From: a bacterium | GTDB lineage: Bacteria > Verrucomicrobiota > Kiritimatiellia > SPBP01 | NCBI GenBank assembly: GCA_037135275.1 | Contig: JBAXKQ010000002.1 | Coordinates: forward strand, 1 to 63,884 | Reading direction: 5' to 3' | Length of the DNA: 63,884 nt | Shown here: piece by piece, positions 8,901 through 17,787 of the stretch | Layout: every line of letters starts with the position of its first letter | How positions within the stretch are numbered: position 1 is the stretch's first letter | Position numbers and translations under genes: made by a program | Notes under the pieces: model-generated | The model's database searches: none | What the model was told of the DNA's origin: nothing | Seen by the model: only the letters and a program-made list of their open reading frames with translations

Positions 8901-11900
8901 GGCAAACATCGGCAGTGCATACGGTAGTGTGGGGTCGGGCACCATCTATGTCGGAAAGTACGGCACCAGCAACCTGTTTCTTAGAGGGCAAGTGGATGAG
9001 GTTGTGGTGTTCCAGCGGGCCCTCTCCGATGCGGAAGTTGGGGAGCTGTCGGGAACCGCCTACCGCGTTCGCGACCGCGGCATCTACACCTCCGAGATCA
9101 TTGACGCCGGCAGAGAGGTTATCTGGCAGACGCTCTCGTGGAACGCCGATGCACCGTATAACAAGCCCCTCTCCACAGTCTATGACACCAATATAGTGGC
9201 GTTGTGGCACATGGACAGCAACACCCTTGACTCCGCAGGGACCTTTGATGGCACGTTGGCTGGAGGTGCAGGTTTCAACAGTGCCGGACGTTTCGATTCA
9301 TGCCTGTCCTTGAACGGGACTGTGCAGTGGATGGGCAATATCACTGATGCCGAAGAACTCAGGCCGCCAAACCTTACAGTTGAAGCTTGGGTCTATCCGA
9401 CTGCCGTGGATAGTAGAATCGTGTTCGACAAGAGCAGTGGAGGGCAGGGCTATCAGCTTGGCACTGACTCATCCGGCCGTCCTGTCTTCAAGGTCGGTTC
9501 AGTCCTTTGTATTGATCCCGCATTGTCGCTTCGAACCGGGGCATGGACTCATCTGGTTGCCACATACTCTGGCAGTGAACTTGCACTCTATGTGAACGGT
9601 GAGATCCGAGCCAGGGCGGCTGGCTCGGGCAGTATGGGCACACCGGATGCGCGGATAGGGGCGGATGGTGCCGGGAGTGGCTGCTTCGCCGGTTTCATAG
9701 ACGAGGTCGCTGTTCACGACCGTGTTCTTCAGCCAGTGGAAATCCTGGACCACTATCGAGCTGGCGCCGTAACCCTGAAGTTCCAGGCGCGATCGGGCAG
9801 CAATGCCACGCTCATTGCATCCGCCCCGTTTGTAGGCCCAGCCGGAACAACAAATTCGTACTTCACAGTTGCCACCGGTGAGGGTCTGCAAGCGGTCATA
9901 CCCAAGGGTCAGTGCTTCCAGTACAAGGCATACCTGGGTACCGAGAACCACAGGTTCACACCAAGACTTCACGGTGTCACCGTCGAGTCGTCGGGCTACT
10001 CGACTGAGAATCCGGCGGTGGAAACGGCAAGCGGTGTGTTCTTCCCCGGCAAGATCACCACGTTTGTTCACACGATGGCGACAAATAACGACGCATCGGT
10101 CCGCTACCAGATATCCGGAGACAATGGTGCCACCTGGTACTACTGGCCGCTGTTTACCAACGCATGGGTCAACGCGGACCTTTACGGCGGCGGTTGGGAA
10201 AATGCCAGCCCTGTTGGAACCGTGAATCAGTATGTCGGCAATTTCTATAGACAGCTTTATGAGAAGACCGGTGTCAACTTGTTGTGGCGAGCATTCCTCC
10301 ATTCGACCGGCAGCGATCAGGTGGCCATTGATGCTGTCTCAATTGGCTACTCAAGAGGTCGTGTTCTTGTGACGTTCCCGAGCGGTACCGAGACGGACAC
10401 CAGGTCGCTGGTTGTAGGCACGCCGTACGATATCACCTGGTCATGGCTTGGGACGGTCAGCAACAACATAACCGTCGAGCTGCTCGACGGGACGAATGTG
10501 GTTTCTGTCCTTGGTACCGGGTTGCCCAACAATGGGGTGTTTCGCACGGTGATTTCCGAGCAGCGGGGCACGAACTACTACATACGGGTCAAGGATGGCA
10601 ACGATCCGAACAACATCTGGGATTTGTCGGATGGTCCGTTCTGGCTGCGTGAGCAGCTCCACATGACGAGCCCGGACGGCGGCGAGAAATGGTATATCGG
10701 CCGTACCAACCTGGTTAGATGGGACTCCCCGAAGTGGGGCGCCCAGAACCTGGTGGGTCCCATTGACATCTGGTTCAGCGGGGACGCCGGCACGAACTGG
10801 TTCGTGGTGGCGACACCGACGAATGCCTCAGGGACCAACGTATACTACTGGAACACACCGCTGACCAACTGGCAGTTCGTGTCCGAAAACGCACGGATGG
10901 GCGTGGCGACACCCGGCGCGTTCGACCCGGCATCCGCCTTCTACGGCGATATCTCCGATGGAACCTACACCAACGCCGGGATCGTGGTGACATTCCCGGC
11001 GACGGGCAATGCCGTGAACATGGGAGAAGCCACGACGCTGGAGTGGTATGCCGCCGGGGCGGGCTCGCATGGCGTGACTGTGGACTTCTTTGACGGTGTG
11101 GCCTGGACCAATATCTCGACAAATGCCACCTGTGTCCCCGGCTACAACACCCTCGGCTGCGTGCTGGAGGCCAAGGATCCCTCCGAAGCGGCACGTATCC
11201 GAATCACAGCCAATGACGACCCGGTGAATGTGACCGGGATTTCGGGCATTTTCATCCTGGCGGACATCAACATCATCACACCCGTGGGCGGCAGCGAAGC
11301 GGTCAGGAGCCAGTGGCAGATCGGGACCACCAATTACGTGAGATGGACCGCCGCAGGTGCAGGCAGTTCGGTTGACATCACCTATTCGCCGGACGGTGGC
11401 TCGAGCTGGTACACGATCGCCAGCGGGTGGGCCAACACCAACAGCTCGGTTGGCAATGTTGTGACGAACGTGTCGCCGCCGTGGGTGGTGGCAGGTCCGC
11501 CTTCCTCCAATTCGATGATCCGAGTGAAGTCAGTGTCGCAAAGCAGCCTCTTTGCCACCACTCCGCCGTATTTTGACGTGTCCGGTGTGCAGGTGACGTA
11601 CCCGAACGGCGGCGAGTACTGGGAGTTCGGGCGGACGAACCTGGCCACATGGCTTCACCAGGCTGCCGGCGCGAATGTGGGGATTGACTGCGCATATATC
11701 AGCAGTCCGACTACGAACGATTACGAGAACATTGTCGCCTCTGCATCCATCTTCAACGGTCGCTGGGTGATCCCTGCCGCCAATGTCCGGCGGCCGACGA
11801 CGGTCGGCAAGCTGCGGATACGGGCCATCAGCCCGCCGTCCGGCATCCCGATGGAAGACTATTCCGATGCCACGTTCACTATAAGGGGCCTCTCGGTCAC

Positions 11901-14900
11901 GCAGCCGACGAACAGCGCCGCCTACACGCTGGGTACTTCGAGGACCAATGGCCTCGAGTGGTACTCGGCAAGGGCCGGCGCCAACCTGGCGACCGTCTAC
12001 TACTCCACCAACGGCGTCACATACAGCGATCTCATTACCTTCAGCGGTATCGGGTTCACCGGCAACCAGGATGCGGACCCGTCCATCAACCAGAAGACTT
12101 GGGACATCTCCCGGCGGCTGATGCCGTCGCTCACGGCCCGCATCAAGGTCGTGGTCGGCACGACCGAGGCGGTTTCCAGCCAGTTCACGCTGCGCGGCAT
12201 CCGGATGATCCGCCCGGCGCTCGGGTCGGTCTACAACATCGGGGCGGTGACCAATGTCGCATGGCGGCATGCAGGGCTGTCGGCCAATCCGTTCGTCTCC
12301 AACTCCATCTCGGTGTCGGGCGAGGGTGGACCGTACGTGCAGGGCGGGCTGCCGAACAATGCGTCAGTCCTGAACCCGCTTACGCCCTGGACTGTTGACG
12401 CCGAGCTCGACCCGACGACGAACGCGGTGATCAAGATGGTTGTGACGGCGCCGGCTCAGGACACGGACGTGACGACATACTCGGATCCATTCACCCTCCG
12501 TGGAATCAAGTTCCTGAGCCCGTACACCGGTACCAACTGGGTGCTGCGCGGGCAGGTGATGGTGTCGTTCAGGGTGGCTGGGATGGGGTCCGGCGCGTTT
12601 GCCGACATCTATTACTCGGCGGACGGCGGGGCGACATTCGATACGGTCAACCCGGTGGCAAGCGGTGTGTCGGTGAATGACGGCATCGTGAGCGTGCCCT
12701 GGACGATCGAGAGTACGCCGGCCCTGACCCGGACCCCTTCCACCAACGCCTGCCTGCTGGCGGTGTGCGGTTCCTATACAAGCAGGTCCAAGACCTTCCA
12801 GGTCAGCGGGTTGAAGGTGACGGCGCCGACGGCGGCCGACGTGCTGGCGGTGTCGGATGGAACGAACACCGTCGCGTGGACGGGTGTGGGCGTGTCGGGC
12901 ACCTATAACGTCAGTTTCACCAGGTGGCCTGAGACCACGCCGGTTGACTTCAGCACCCCGGTGTGGACGGAAGTCATTGCGACCGGGGTTTCGGGGTGGT
13001 CGTGCGACTGGGCAATGACCGCCAATGCCGTCGGTTCGAACGTGACGGTCACAGTCAGTGACGGTACGTTCACGGCGACGTCCGCGGTCTTCCAGGTTGT
13101 GTCGAGCCCGGCGATCAAGATCATCAATCCCACGGCCGGCGACTTCTGGAAAGTGACCGAGACGAACGAGATCAGGTGGGTGAGGGCCGGCAACGTCTCG
13201 AACGCGTTCTCGGTGGCATGGTCCCCGTATCCGTACGAGGTTACCAATGTGCTGGCAATCGGTGCTTTCCCCCTCAGCGGCGGTGTATTCAGCTATGCCT
13301 GGGAGAACATACCGAACTCCATCGGGAAGGTGCGGATCATCGTCACCAACCAGGTCACGGAAGGCGTGAGGGACCAGTTCGAGGACTTCGAGATAGCCGT
13401 GAAGTTCGCCATCGATCCGTTGATAGGCGACCTGTTCGCCCTGCAGACCAGGGATGTCAACTGGACGACGTACGGGTCCATCTTCTCGGGGGTGGACTTC
13501 TACTATTCGCTGGACCCGTTCCGCCGGACCAACTACTGGCGCAAGATCAACACGACGCCGTTCATGGCGGTGGCGAACGAGCAGCCCAGCATATACTCGT
13601 GGCAGCTCCCGAACGTGAAGACCAACACGGTGTGGCTGCGCATCCAGGATCATGCCTACTCCAACAGGCTGTTCGACGCATCCAAGCCCGGACCCTACAA
13701 CGACCTCGGCATGCTGAATGTCAGGTATTACACGGTCTACTGGGAAGTCATGGATGCGATCACCAGCAACGACCTGGACAACCTGGCGGTGATCGACAGC
13801 TCAGGCTGGTCTCAATCGGGGCTGACATGCGCGGGAGCCAATACCATCTCGCACGAGTATCCGTGGGGCACCTGGAACACGGCGTGGATGAGGGAGTTCT
13901 TCTTCGACAATGTCGTGATGTACTGGGAGAGTGAGAACTACGCACTCGGGAGCCCTGCTGTCTGGACCCAGCAGGTATACATGGTGCGCTCGACCGTTGA
14001 GCCGGACTACCGGGCGATGGCCAATTTCTCGTACGAGACGTCGAACAAGGTCTTCACGATCCACGCCTGGCTGGAGCGCGGCGGCGAGATACTCGACACA
14101 CCAAGCAGGTGCAGGATCACGGTCTACGACGAAACCGGCAATGAGGTGCGCGTGCTGGACAGCGCCGGATCGCCGCCCGACGGCAGCCTGCTGGACTACG
14201 GCGTGTTCTGGATGGCGTGGGACGCCTCGGCGCTCAGTCCCAGCAGCGTCTATTTCGCCAGGGTGGAGATCGAGTTCTCAGGCGTGTGGTATTCGTCCGG
14301 CTTGACGTTCACGCTCAGGGTGCCGGTTGGCGAGGAGATATCCGGCATGATCGGCGGCATCTCGAACCAGGTGGCAGGCGTCTCCAACCAGGTCATTGGC
14401 GTCTATACGAGCCTCGTGGCGCACGAGGTGGAGCAGGCGGCATTCAGGGGCAGGACGGACAGCAACCTGGCCACCATTGCCTCCAGCCTCGGTGTCCTGA
14501 CCAACCTGTCCGACATGGCCACGTCGGTAAGCAACCTCGTCGCCGCCATGCAGGAGGTGGCGAAGATGACGAATATCTCCACAATGGCCGAGAGTTTGTC
14601 GAATATCTGGGATGCGGTCACGAATATCGGAGGTGTCGAGGATCAGTTGTTGCCGAAGATTACAGCCCGATCCACCACGATCAAGACCGGCAGCACGAAC
14701 ATGTTCGTCTATCGCACGAGGATGGGGCTGGGTTCGGGTCCGGTGATCACGGTCCAGAACGCGGCAGGGGCGACCAACCAGCAGGGGAGCATGGCTGAAA
14801 TCCCGAATACCGGCCTCTACAAGGCCGAGGTCGTGTTCGACCAGGGCTGGGGATTGGGCGAGTTCCCGGTTTCCTGCCGCGACAGCGCTGCTGAGAGTGC

Positions 14901-16263
14901 GCCGGGCGACCAGATCACCATCCAGGTGGTCGGCGAAGGCTACTGGACCGATGCGCAGTCACTTGCGTCAATGACCGGCCGGCTGGCGTATCTTGAGACG
15001 ACGGTCTCCAATGTGTTGGTGGTTGTCGGCGCGGCCGATTTCGGCGCTAACTTCAGCAATGTCATCGCGTCGGTCTCCAACCTGGAGACGATCGTGAACA
15101 GCACCAGCGTGTCCAACGCCGCTGCGATGGTAGTCCTGCGGTCCGATGTCAGCAACGTGCTGGCGTCGGTCACGAATCTGCAGGACCTGGTGGGCGGGAT
15201 GGGTGCATCCAATGTGGCATCGCTGGTGGCGCTCGGCGGCAACCTCAGTAATGTATTCGCGGCAGTGTCGAACCTGCAGGTTGTCGTGAGCGGTTCCGAT
15301 TCGTCCAACACGGCGGCCATGGCATCGCTGCGTTCCGATGTGAGCGATGTGCTGGCGTCGGTCACGAACCTGCAGGACCTTGTGGGCGGCATGGGCGTCT
15401 CCAATGCGGCATCGCTGGTGGCGCTCGGTGCCAACCTCAGCAATGTGTTTGCGGCAGTGTCGAACCTGCAGGATCTTGGCGCCTCGAATGCGGCATCGCT
15501 GGTGGCGCTTGAGACCAATGTCGCAACCGCACTTGGTGTCGTGAACAGTCTGGGTTCGCTGACGAACCTGGCGTCGCTCACGAGCCTTACCAACCTTGTC
15601 TCGGCGTTGGCGGACATTGACCTCACCACCATACAGTCCGGTGTCGCGGATCTTCAGACCAGGGTGAACCAGATGGACTGGGCCCTGGTGCAGCAGACCG
15701 TGGCCGGGCTTGCCGCGATGCAGGCGACTGTGGACAGCTCGTTTGCCGACATCGGCGCGCAGATCACTGCTCTCGCCGGCGTGGCGGATTCTGTTGACGC
15801 GCTCAGCCTGCAGACTGGTGCGGCGATAGCCGCCGGTGAAAAGGCTGCCAAGGAAGCGCGGTCGGCCAAGACGCAGGTGACAACACTCCAGGGGGCGCTC
15901 ACAACTCTCAGGGCGGCGCTCGGTCAGGGTGACAGGGATACCGCCATGGATATACTGGGCGGCCTCAGGGCCCAGATGGCGGATGTTCAAGGCGCAGTGA
16001 GCAAGCAGGTGAGCCTGCAGCCGGTGGTTGACGTGATGGTGCCGATAGCGGCGGACATCAACGCGCTGGCGAAGAGGAAGAATCTGGATGAACTCGTGAA
16101 CATCCCCGCCGAGCTGCGCATGCAGACGCAGGTGACTGAGCAGGGCTTGATGCAGGCGAACAACAAGATGGCCGAGATGAGCGCCGCGATCGAGTTCCTG
16201 AACAAGCTCGTCGACAGGGTGGCGAATCCGCCGGAAGTCATGACCTACTGGACAACGGAGTAG
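5941..16263 (+). CDS. Giant (3,440 aa) secreted/surface protein: 4 LamG (laminin_G_3-type) modules, about 11 Ig-like beta-sandwich repeats, C-terminal repetitive alpha-helical region
   Basis: Single uninterrupted ORF. ATG 5941 (MNFMRLF..., basic stretch then VVAATTIITLAATAAFAGSA) is preferred over GTG 5860. LamG hallmark ends are DELAVYDRALSQEEV, DEMAIYTRQLSGIEL, DEVVVFQRALSDAEV and DEVAVHDRVLQPVEI. There are recurring ~100-aa repeats such as ITPVGGSEAVRSQWQIGTTNYVRWTAAGAGSSVDITYSPDGGSSWYTIA. The C-terminal region has SNV..VSNLQ heptad-like repeats. Confidence 0.9.
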   Translation: MNFMRLFQKLYPSARTSRATRRPRIPSRLPVVAATTIITLAATAAFAGSATNTWNMSTNADYYIAPTNQPLIMIDSTQGVARLILLSDEIHRSTFGEYVTNGSAHVSTKLGPDVALSLKQLGGVYQNSGTFISRVLDSGSPANTWQKMYARATYGSIINSPAEIQTGGSGPVALYHLNSDWNDTLGLRNLSPMAGASLVTPGQFGAKCGFVDGGVSGYATSASGFPEMSKITVSMWIKASRSQSQIVQYVFGLGNLTFALHISGFYSDANSAPGSITVVVSSNPSSTTGGQFTDSKDVGVWRHIVAVYDSTAAQKTRIYKDGVELPMMSQKATGTVPTTGSMIVGMRYDKIIGFQGAIDELAVYDRALSQEEVLDLYSRGLSFFFQLRGGNTTAETTNTSNQFTGPDGTTNSYYFGENRILQTAGSFDVTNQYAQYKAYLIKDTSGNTPWFDAVTLFGDLGMDVDYSFLDFRRGDMSQSTTNYPGLSDTPYLSLAKKENGGYYTNGTYVSRAMDAGSSVNWRKFEWQAPGELTNDIQGLIALYHLKSWGDAQGVVGGDNTPASVTMADSSGSMPKLGMDCGRFDGVSSHVTGFPGLSTNIMTVEFWINDDNPQDGIMTLASYSNGPAYLAISNGIVITRGFANITPQVYVNGLTGSRKLMAGWNHVAITFDKVLAGAALDVGVANGDYMQGLMDEMAIYTRQLSGIELKAHYLLGRQSVGGVAKFAFRTADSIAALTGGVWSTESTTPFDPNSLGQYFQYRLTMEGDGSASPAVKNITVGYLNPGWQYMYDHDREAIYQGAFVGGTTKWSGDEVMLVDQSQWGPLNLSSLEAGLVGEWRLDESSWGTVSGTPGGNGTALGGAQPIVDARVGLRSAQFSVTNQYLTLGSPSVGSGDFTVGAWVKSTASNRCAIVSTFAGGAHYTLEFNGDGTTNVPGKAALVIDTAPTDKKVVASVLTDINDGRWHHVAGMRRGDTLHLYIDGDRVASANIGSAYGSVGSGTIYVGKYGTSNLFLRGQVDEVVVFQRALSDAEVGELSGTAYRVRDRGIYTSEIIDAGREVIWQTLSWNADAPYNKPLSTVYDTNIVALWHMDSNTLDSAGTFDGTLAGGAGFNSAGRFDSCLSLNGTVQWMGNITDAEELRPPNLTVEAWVYPTAVDSRIVFDKSSGGQGYQLGTDSSGRPVFKVGSVLCIDPALSLRTGAWTHLVATYSGSELALYVNGEIRARAAGSGSMGTPDARIGADGAGSGCFAGFIDEVAVHDRVLQPVEILDHYRAGAVTLKFQARSGSNATLIASAPFVGPAGTTNSYFTVATGEGLQAVIPKGQCFQYKAYLGTENHRFTPRLHGVTVESSGYSTENPAVETASGVFFPGKITTFVHTMATNNDASVRYQISGDNGATWYYWPLFTNAWVNADLYGGGWENASPVGTVNQYVGNFYRQLYEKTGVNLLWRAFLHSTGSDQVAIDAVSIGYSRGRVLVTFPSGTETDTRSLVVGTPYDITWSWLGTVSNNITVELLDGTNVVSVLGTGLPNNGVFRTVISEQRGTNYYIRVKDGNDPNNIWDLSDGPFWLREQLHMTSPDGGEKWYIGRTNLVRWDSPKWGAQNLVGPIDIWFSGDAGTNWFVVATPTNASGTNVYYWNTPLTNWQFVSENARMGVATPGAFDPASAFYGDISDGTYTNAGIVVTFPATGNAVNMGEATTLEWYAAGAGSHGVTVDFFDGVAWTNISTNATCVPGYNTLGCVLEAKDPSEAARIRITANDDPVNVTGISGIFILADINIITPVGGSEAVRSQWQIGTTNYVRWTAAGAGSSVDITYSPDGGSSWYTIASGWANTNSSVGNVVTNVSPPWVVAGPPSSNSMIRVKSVSQSSLFATTPPYFDVSGVQVTYPNGGEYWEFGRTNLATWLHQAAGANVGIDCAYISSPTTNDYENIVASASIFNGRWVIPAANVRRPTTVGKLRIRAISPPSGIPMEDYSDATFTIRGLSVTQPTNSAAYTLGTSRTNGLEWYSARAGANLATVYYSTNGVTYSDLITFSGIGFTGNQDADPSINQKTWDISRRLMPSLTARIKVVVGTTEAVSSQFTLRGIRMIRPALGSVYNIGAVTNVAWRHAGLSANPFVSNSISVSGEGGPYVQGGLPNNASVLNPLTPWTVDAELDPTTNAVIKMVVTAPAQDTDVTTYSDPFTLRGIKFLSPYTGTNWVLRGQVMVSFRVAGMGSGAFADIYYSADGGATFDTVNPVASGVSVNDGIVSVPWTIESTPALTRTPSTNACLLAVCGSYTSRSKTFQVSGLKVTAPTAADVLAVSDGTNTVAWTGVGVSGTYNVSFTRWPETTPVDFSTPVWTEVIATGVSGWSCDWAMTANAVGSNVTVTVSDGTFTATSAVFQVVSSPAIKIINPTAGDFWKVTETNEIRWVRAGNVSNAFSVAWSPYPYEVTNVLAIGAFPLSGGVFSYAWENIPNSIGKVRIIVTNQVTEGVRDQFEDFEIAVKFAIDPLIGDLFALQTRDVNWTTYGSIFSGVDFYYSLDPFRRTNYWRKINTTPFMAVANEQPSIYSWQLPNVKTNTVWLRIQDHAYSNRLFDASKPGPYNDLGMLNVRYYTVYWEVMDAITSNDLDNLAVIDSSGWSQSGLTCAGANTISHEYPWGTWNTAWMREFFFDNVVMYWESENYALGSPAVWTQQVYMVRSTVEPDYRAMANFSYETSNKVFTIHAWLERGGEILDTPSRCRITVYDETGNEVRVLDSAGSPPDGSLLDYGVFWMAWDASALSPSSVYFARVEIEFSGVWYSSGLTFTLRVPVGEEISGMIGGISNQVAGVSNQVIGVYTSLVAHEVEQAAFRGRTDSNLATIASSLGVLTNLSDMATSVSNLVAAMQEVAKMTNISTMAESLSNIWDAVTNIGGVEDQLLPKITARSTTIKTGSTNMFVYRTRMGLGSGPVITVQNAAGATNQQGSMAEIPNTGLYKAEVVFDQGWGLGEFPVSCRDSAAESAPGDQITIQVVGEGYWTDAQSLASMTGRLAYLETTVSNVLVVVGAADFGANFSNVIASVSNLETIVNSTSVSNAAAMVVLRSDVSNVLASVTNLQDLVGGMGASNVASLVALGGNLSNVFAAVSNLQVVVSGSDSSNTAAMASLRSDVSDVLASVTNLQDLVGGMGVSNAASLVALGANLSNVFAAVSNLQDLGASNAASLVALETNVATALGVVNSLGSLTNLASLTSLTNLVSALADIDLTTIQSGVADLQTRVNQMDWALVQQTVAGLAAMQATVDSSFADIGAQITALAGVADSVDALSLQTGAAIAAGEKAAKEARSAKTQVTTLQGALTTLRAALGQGDRDTAMDILGGLRAQMADVQGAVSKQVSLQPVVDVMVPIAADINALAKRKNLDELVNIPAELRMQTQVTEQGLMQANNKMAEMSAAIEFLNKLVDRVANPPEVMTYWTTE
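15030..15510 (+). repeat. In-frame tandem repeat (192-nt / 64-aa period, about 2.5 copies) inside the giant gene
   Basis: The unit starting at 15109 (GTGTCCAACGCC...) recurs at 15301 (TCGTCCAACACG...) with near-identical blocks (GTGCTGGCGTCGGTCACGAA[T/C]CTGCAGGACCT). The sub-block AATG[T/C]GGCATCGCTGGTGGCGCT is present three times. Confidence 0.85.
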
Positions 16264-16471
16264 CGGGCATCTGGAGGGGGAGGGTTGTTTGCGGCCTGTC
16301 TGAAGGCGCCTCTTTTCTCCTCAGGCGCATGCGCCCCGGATCCCGATGGGAACGGAGCTGAACGATCCGGCGTGGATGCCCATTCTTGTCTGCATCCACG
16401 GCCTGAAGTGAACTGGCAACTTGCATCCGTCCGTTACAGTTGATAGTCTCGCAGCATACATGTGTAACCTC

Positions 16472-17785
16472 ATGAACATCACTGGTGTGGGACGGGGCGC
16501 CGTGGTGCCGGCATGGCGGTTTCTCGTGCTGTTTCTCCTCTCCGGTGTCTTGGCGGGCGGTGTATACGCGCAAGGCAACATTGTCCTGGCCATCAAGGCC
16601 GTCAATCCCACGCAAACCGACAGCACCGTCAGGGTCAGCGCATTGCTGCCGAAGGGAGTCAAGCCTGCGGATGTGGTGGACGCGGCCGGCATGGAAGTGA
16701 AGTATGATCCCAATGTGGCCCTGTACTGTGTCCGTGCCGAGGAGAGGCTGCCGGCGGGTGGCAACAGGGAATACCGGGTGGTGCTGCGGGATATCTGGGT
16801 TGTGCCGGCTGAGCTTATCGCCGAGCTGCGCACCCACGCCGTCGGGCTTGCCGGGCAGCTTGCCGGAACCAAGCGCAAAGACTCGGCCGCATCGATCAGG
16901 ATGCGGATCGAGGGCGGCCTGGACCAGCTGGAAAAGTGGCAGGAGCGGTATCGCGCCGGTCCCAGCGCCACGCCAGTCGCCCACATACAGGCGTACGGCC
17001 GCAGCATGGATCTCCTGAAGCGGGTGATTGATGACACCGGGATACTCGAAACCCAGGCGAAAGACGAGGGCATCTATGTGCCCAAGCCACTTGGACCGCC
17101 GCCGCCCCGCGCGGAGGCCGGTGAAGCGGCAGTCGGTGAGACGCCGCGCAAAATCAGGCTGGATATCCGCAATGCCGGCAGGACAGAGCAAAAGATTCCC
17201 GTCCGGAGTTACCTCCCGCGCGAGGTGCGTCCCGAGGACGTGAGCGGCGATGACCGTGTCGAGGTCAGGTACGATGCCGAGCGGAGCGCCTGCTACCTTT
17301 TCAGCGAGGGCATAGCCGTAGGCCCCAATGAGACGGTGAACATAGAGGTGCTGGTGGCAGACCGGTGGATAGTGGCGCCGGGGCGGTACGCATTACTCGA
17401 GACCAAGGCCACCAACGTGCAGGCAAAGGCGGTTCTTGCCGGCCGTGATGATGTCAAGAACCAGGCCCAGGCGCTGTTGAACCAGCTAGTGACGGTACGG
17501 GCGGCCGAGCGGCCGCCGTTCGGCGACGAGTATATCGCGGATTACCACCGGAAGGTGGAAGACGTCGACAGGATCGAGGAGGAGCTTCTCAAGCTTGAGG
17601 CACGGATGGCGCCGTCCCAGGAGCGACCGATATTCGATGCCTCGGTATTGAACCAGGTCGAGGCGCCGAGCCGGAGCACGACATGGATCATAGTCTTCAC
17701 GGTAATTGGCTTTCTTTTCTTCTTCAGCGTGCTATTGTTCCTTCGCTGGTACGGCAAGGCCAAGGACGAAACAATGTCAGGGTGA
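16472..17785 (+). CDS. Orphan exported protein with N-terminal signal peptide, two tandem copies of a beta-rich + helical module, and a C-terminal TM anchor
   Basis: ATG 16472 gives MNITGVGRGAVVPAWRFLVLFLLSGVLAGGVYAQG. Internal duplication: LLPKGVKPADVVDAAGMEVKYDPNVALYCV vs YLPREVRPEDVSGDDRVEVRYDAERSACYLF, and REYRVVLRDIWVVPAELIAEL vs ETVNIEVLVADRWIVAPGRYALL. C-terminal TM is TTWIIVFTVIGFLFFFSVLLFLRWY. The stop lies 2 nt before the alpha1 ATG. Confidence 0.75.
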   Translation: MNITGVGRGAVVPAWRFLVLFLLSGVLAGGVYAQGNIVLAIKAVNPTQTDSTVRVSALLPKGVKPADVVDAAGMEVKYDPNVALYCVRAEERLPAGGNREYRVVLRDIWVVPAELIAELRTHAVGLAGQLAGTKRKDSAASIRMRIEGGLDQLEKWQERYRAGPSATPVAHIQAYGRSMDLLKRVIDDTGILETQAKDEGIYVPKPLGPPPPRAEAGEAAVGETPRKIRLDIRNAGRTEQKIPVRSYLPREVRPEDVSGDDRVEVRYDAERSACYLFSEGIAVGPNETVNIEVLVADRWIVAPGRYALLETKATNVQAKAVLAGRDDVKNQAQALLNQLVTVRAAERPPFGDEYIADYHRKVEDVDRIEEELLKLEARMAPSQERPIFDASVLNQVEAPSRSTTWIIVFTVIGFLFFFSVLLFLRWYGKAKDETMSG

Positions 17786-17787
17786 CG

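Noticed and set aside
12364-13653. Long minus-strand ORFs (429 aa here; also 14968-15990, 11530-12270, 9499-10302 and 8572-9210) inside the giant gene
   Set aside because: They lie entirely antisense to an uninterrupted 10-kb ORF with clear domain content. Their translations are Arg/Pro/His/Gly-rich low-complexity sequence, typical of shadow ORFs in GC-rich DNA.
15030-15510. Possible CRISPR-like or non-coding tandem array
   Set aside because: The repeats are in frame within the giant ORF, are contiguous (no unique spacers), and translate to a coherent helical repeat.
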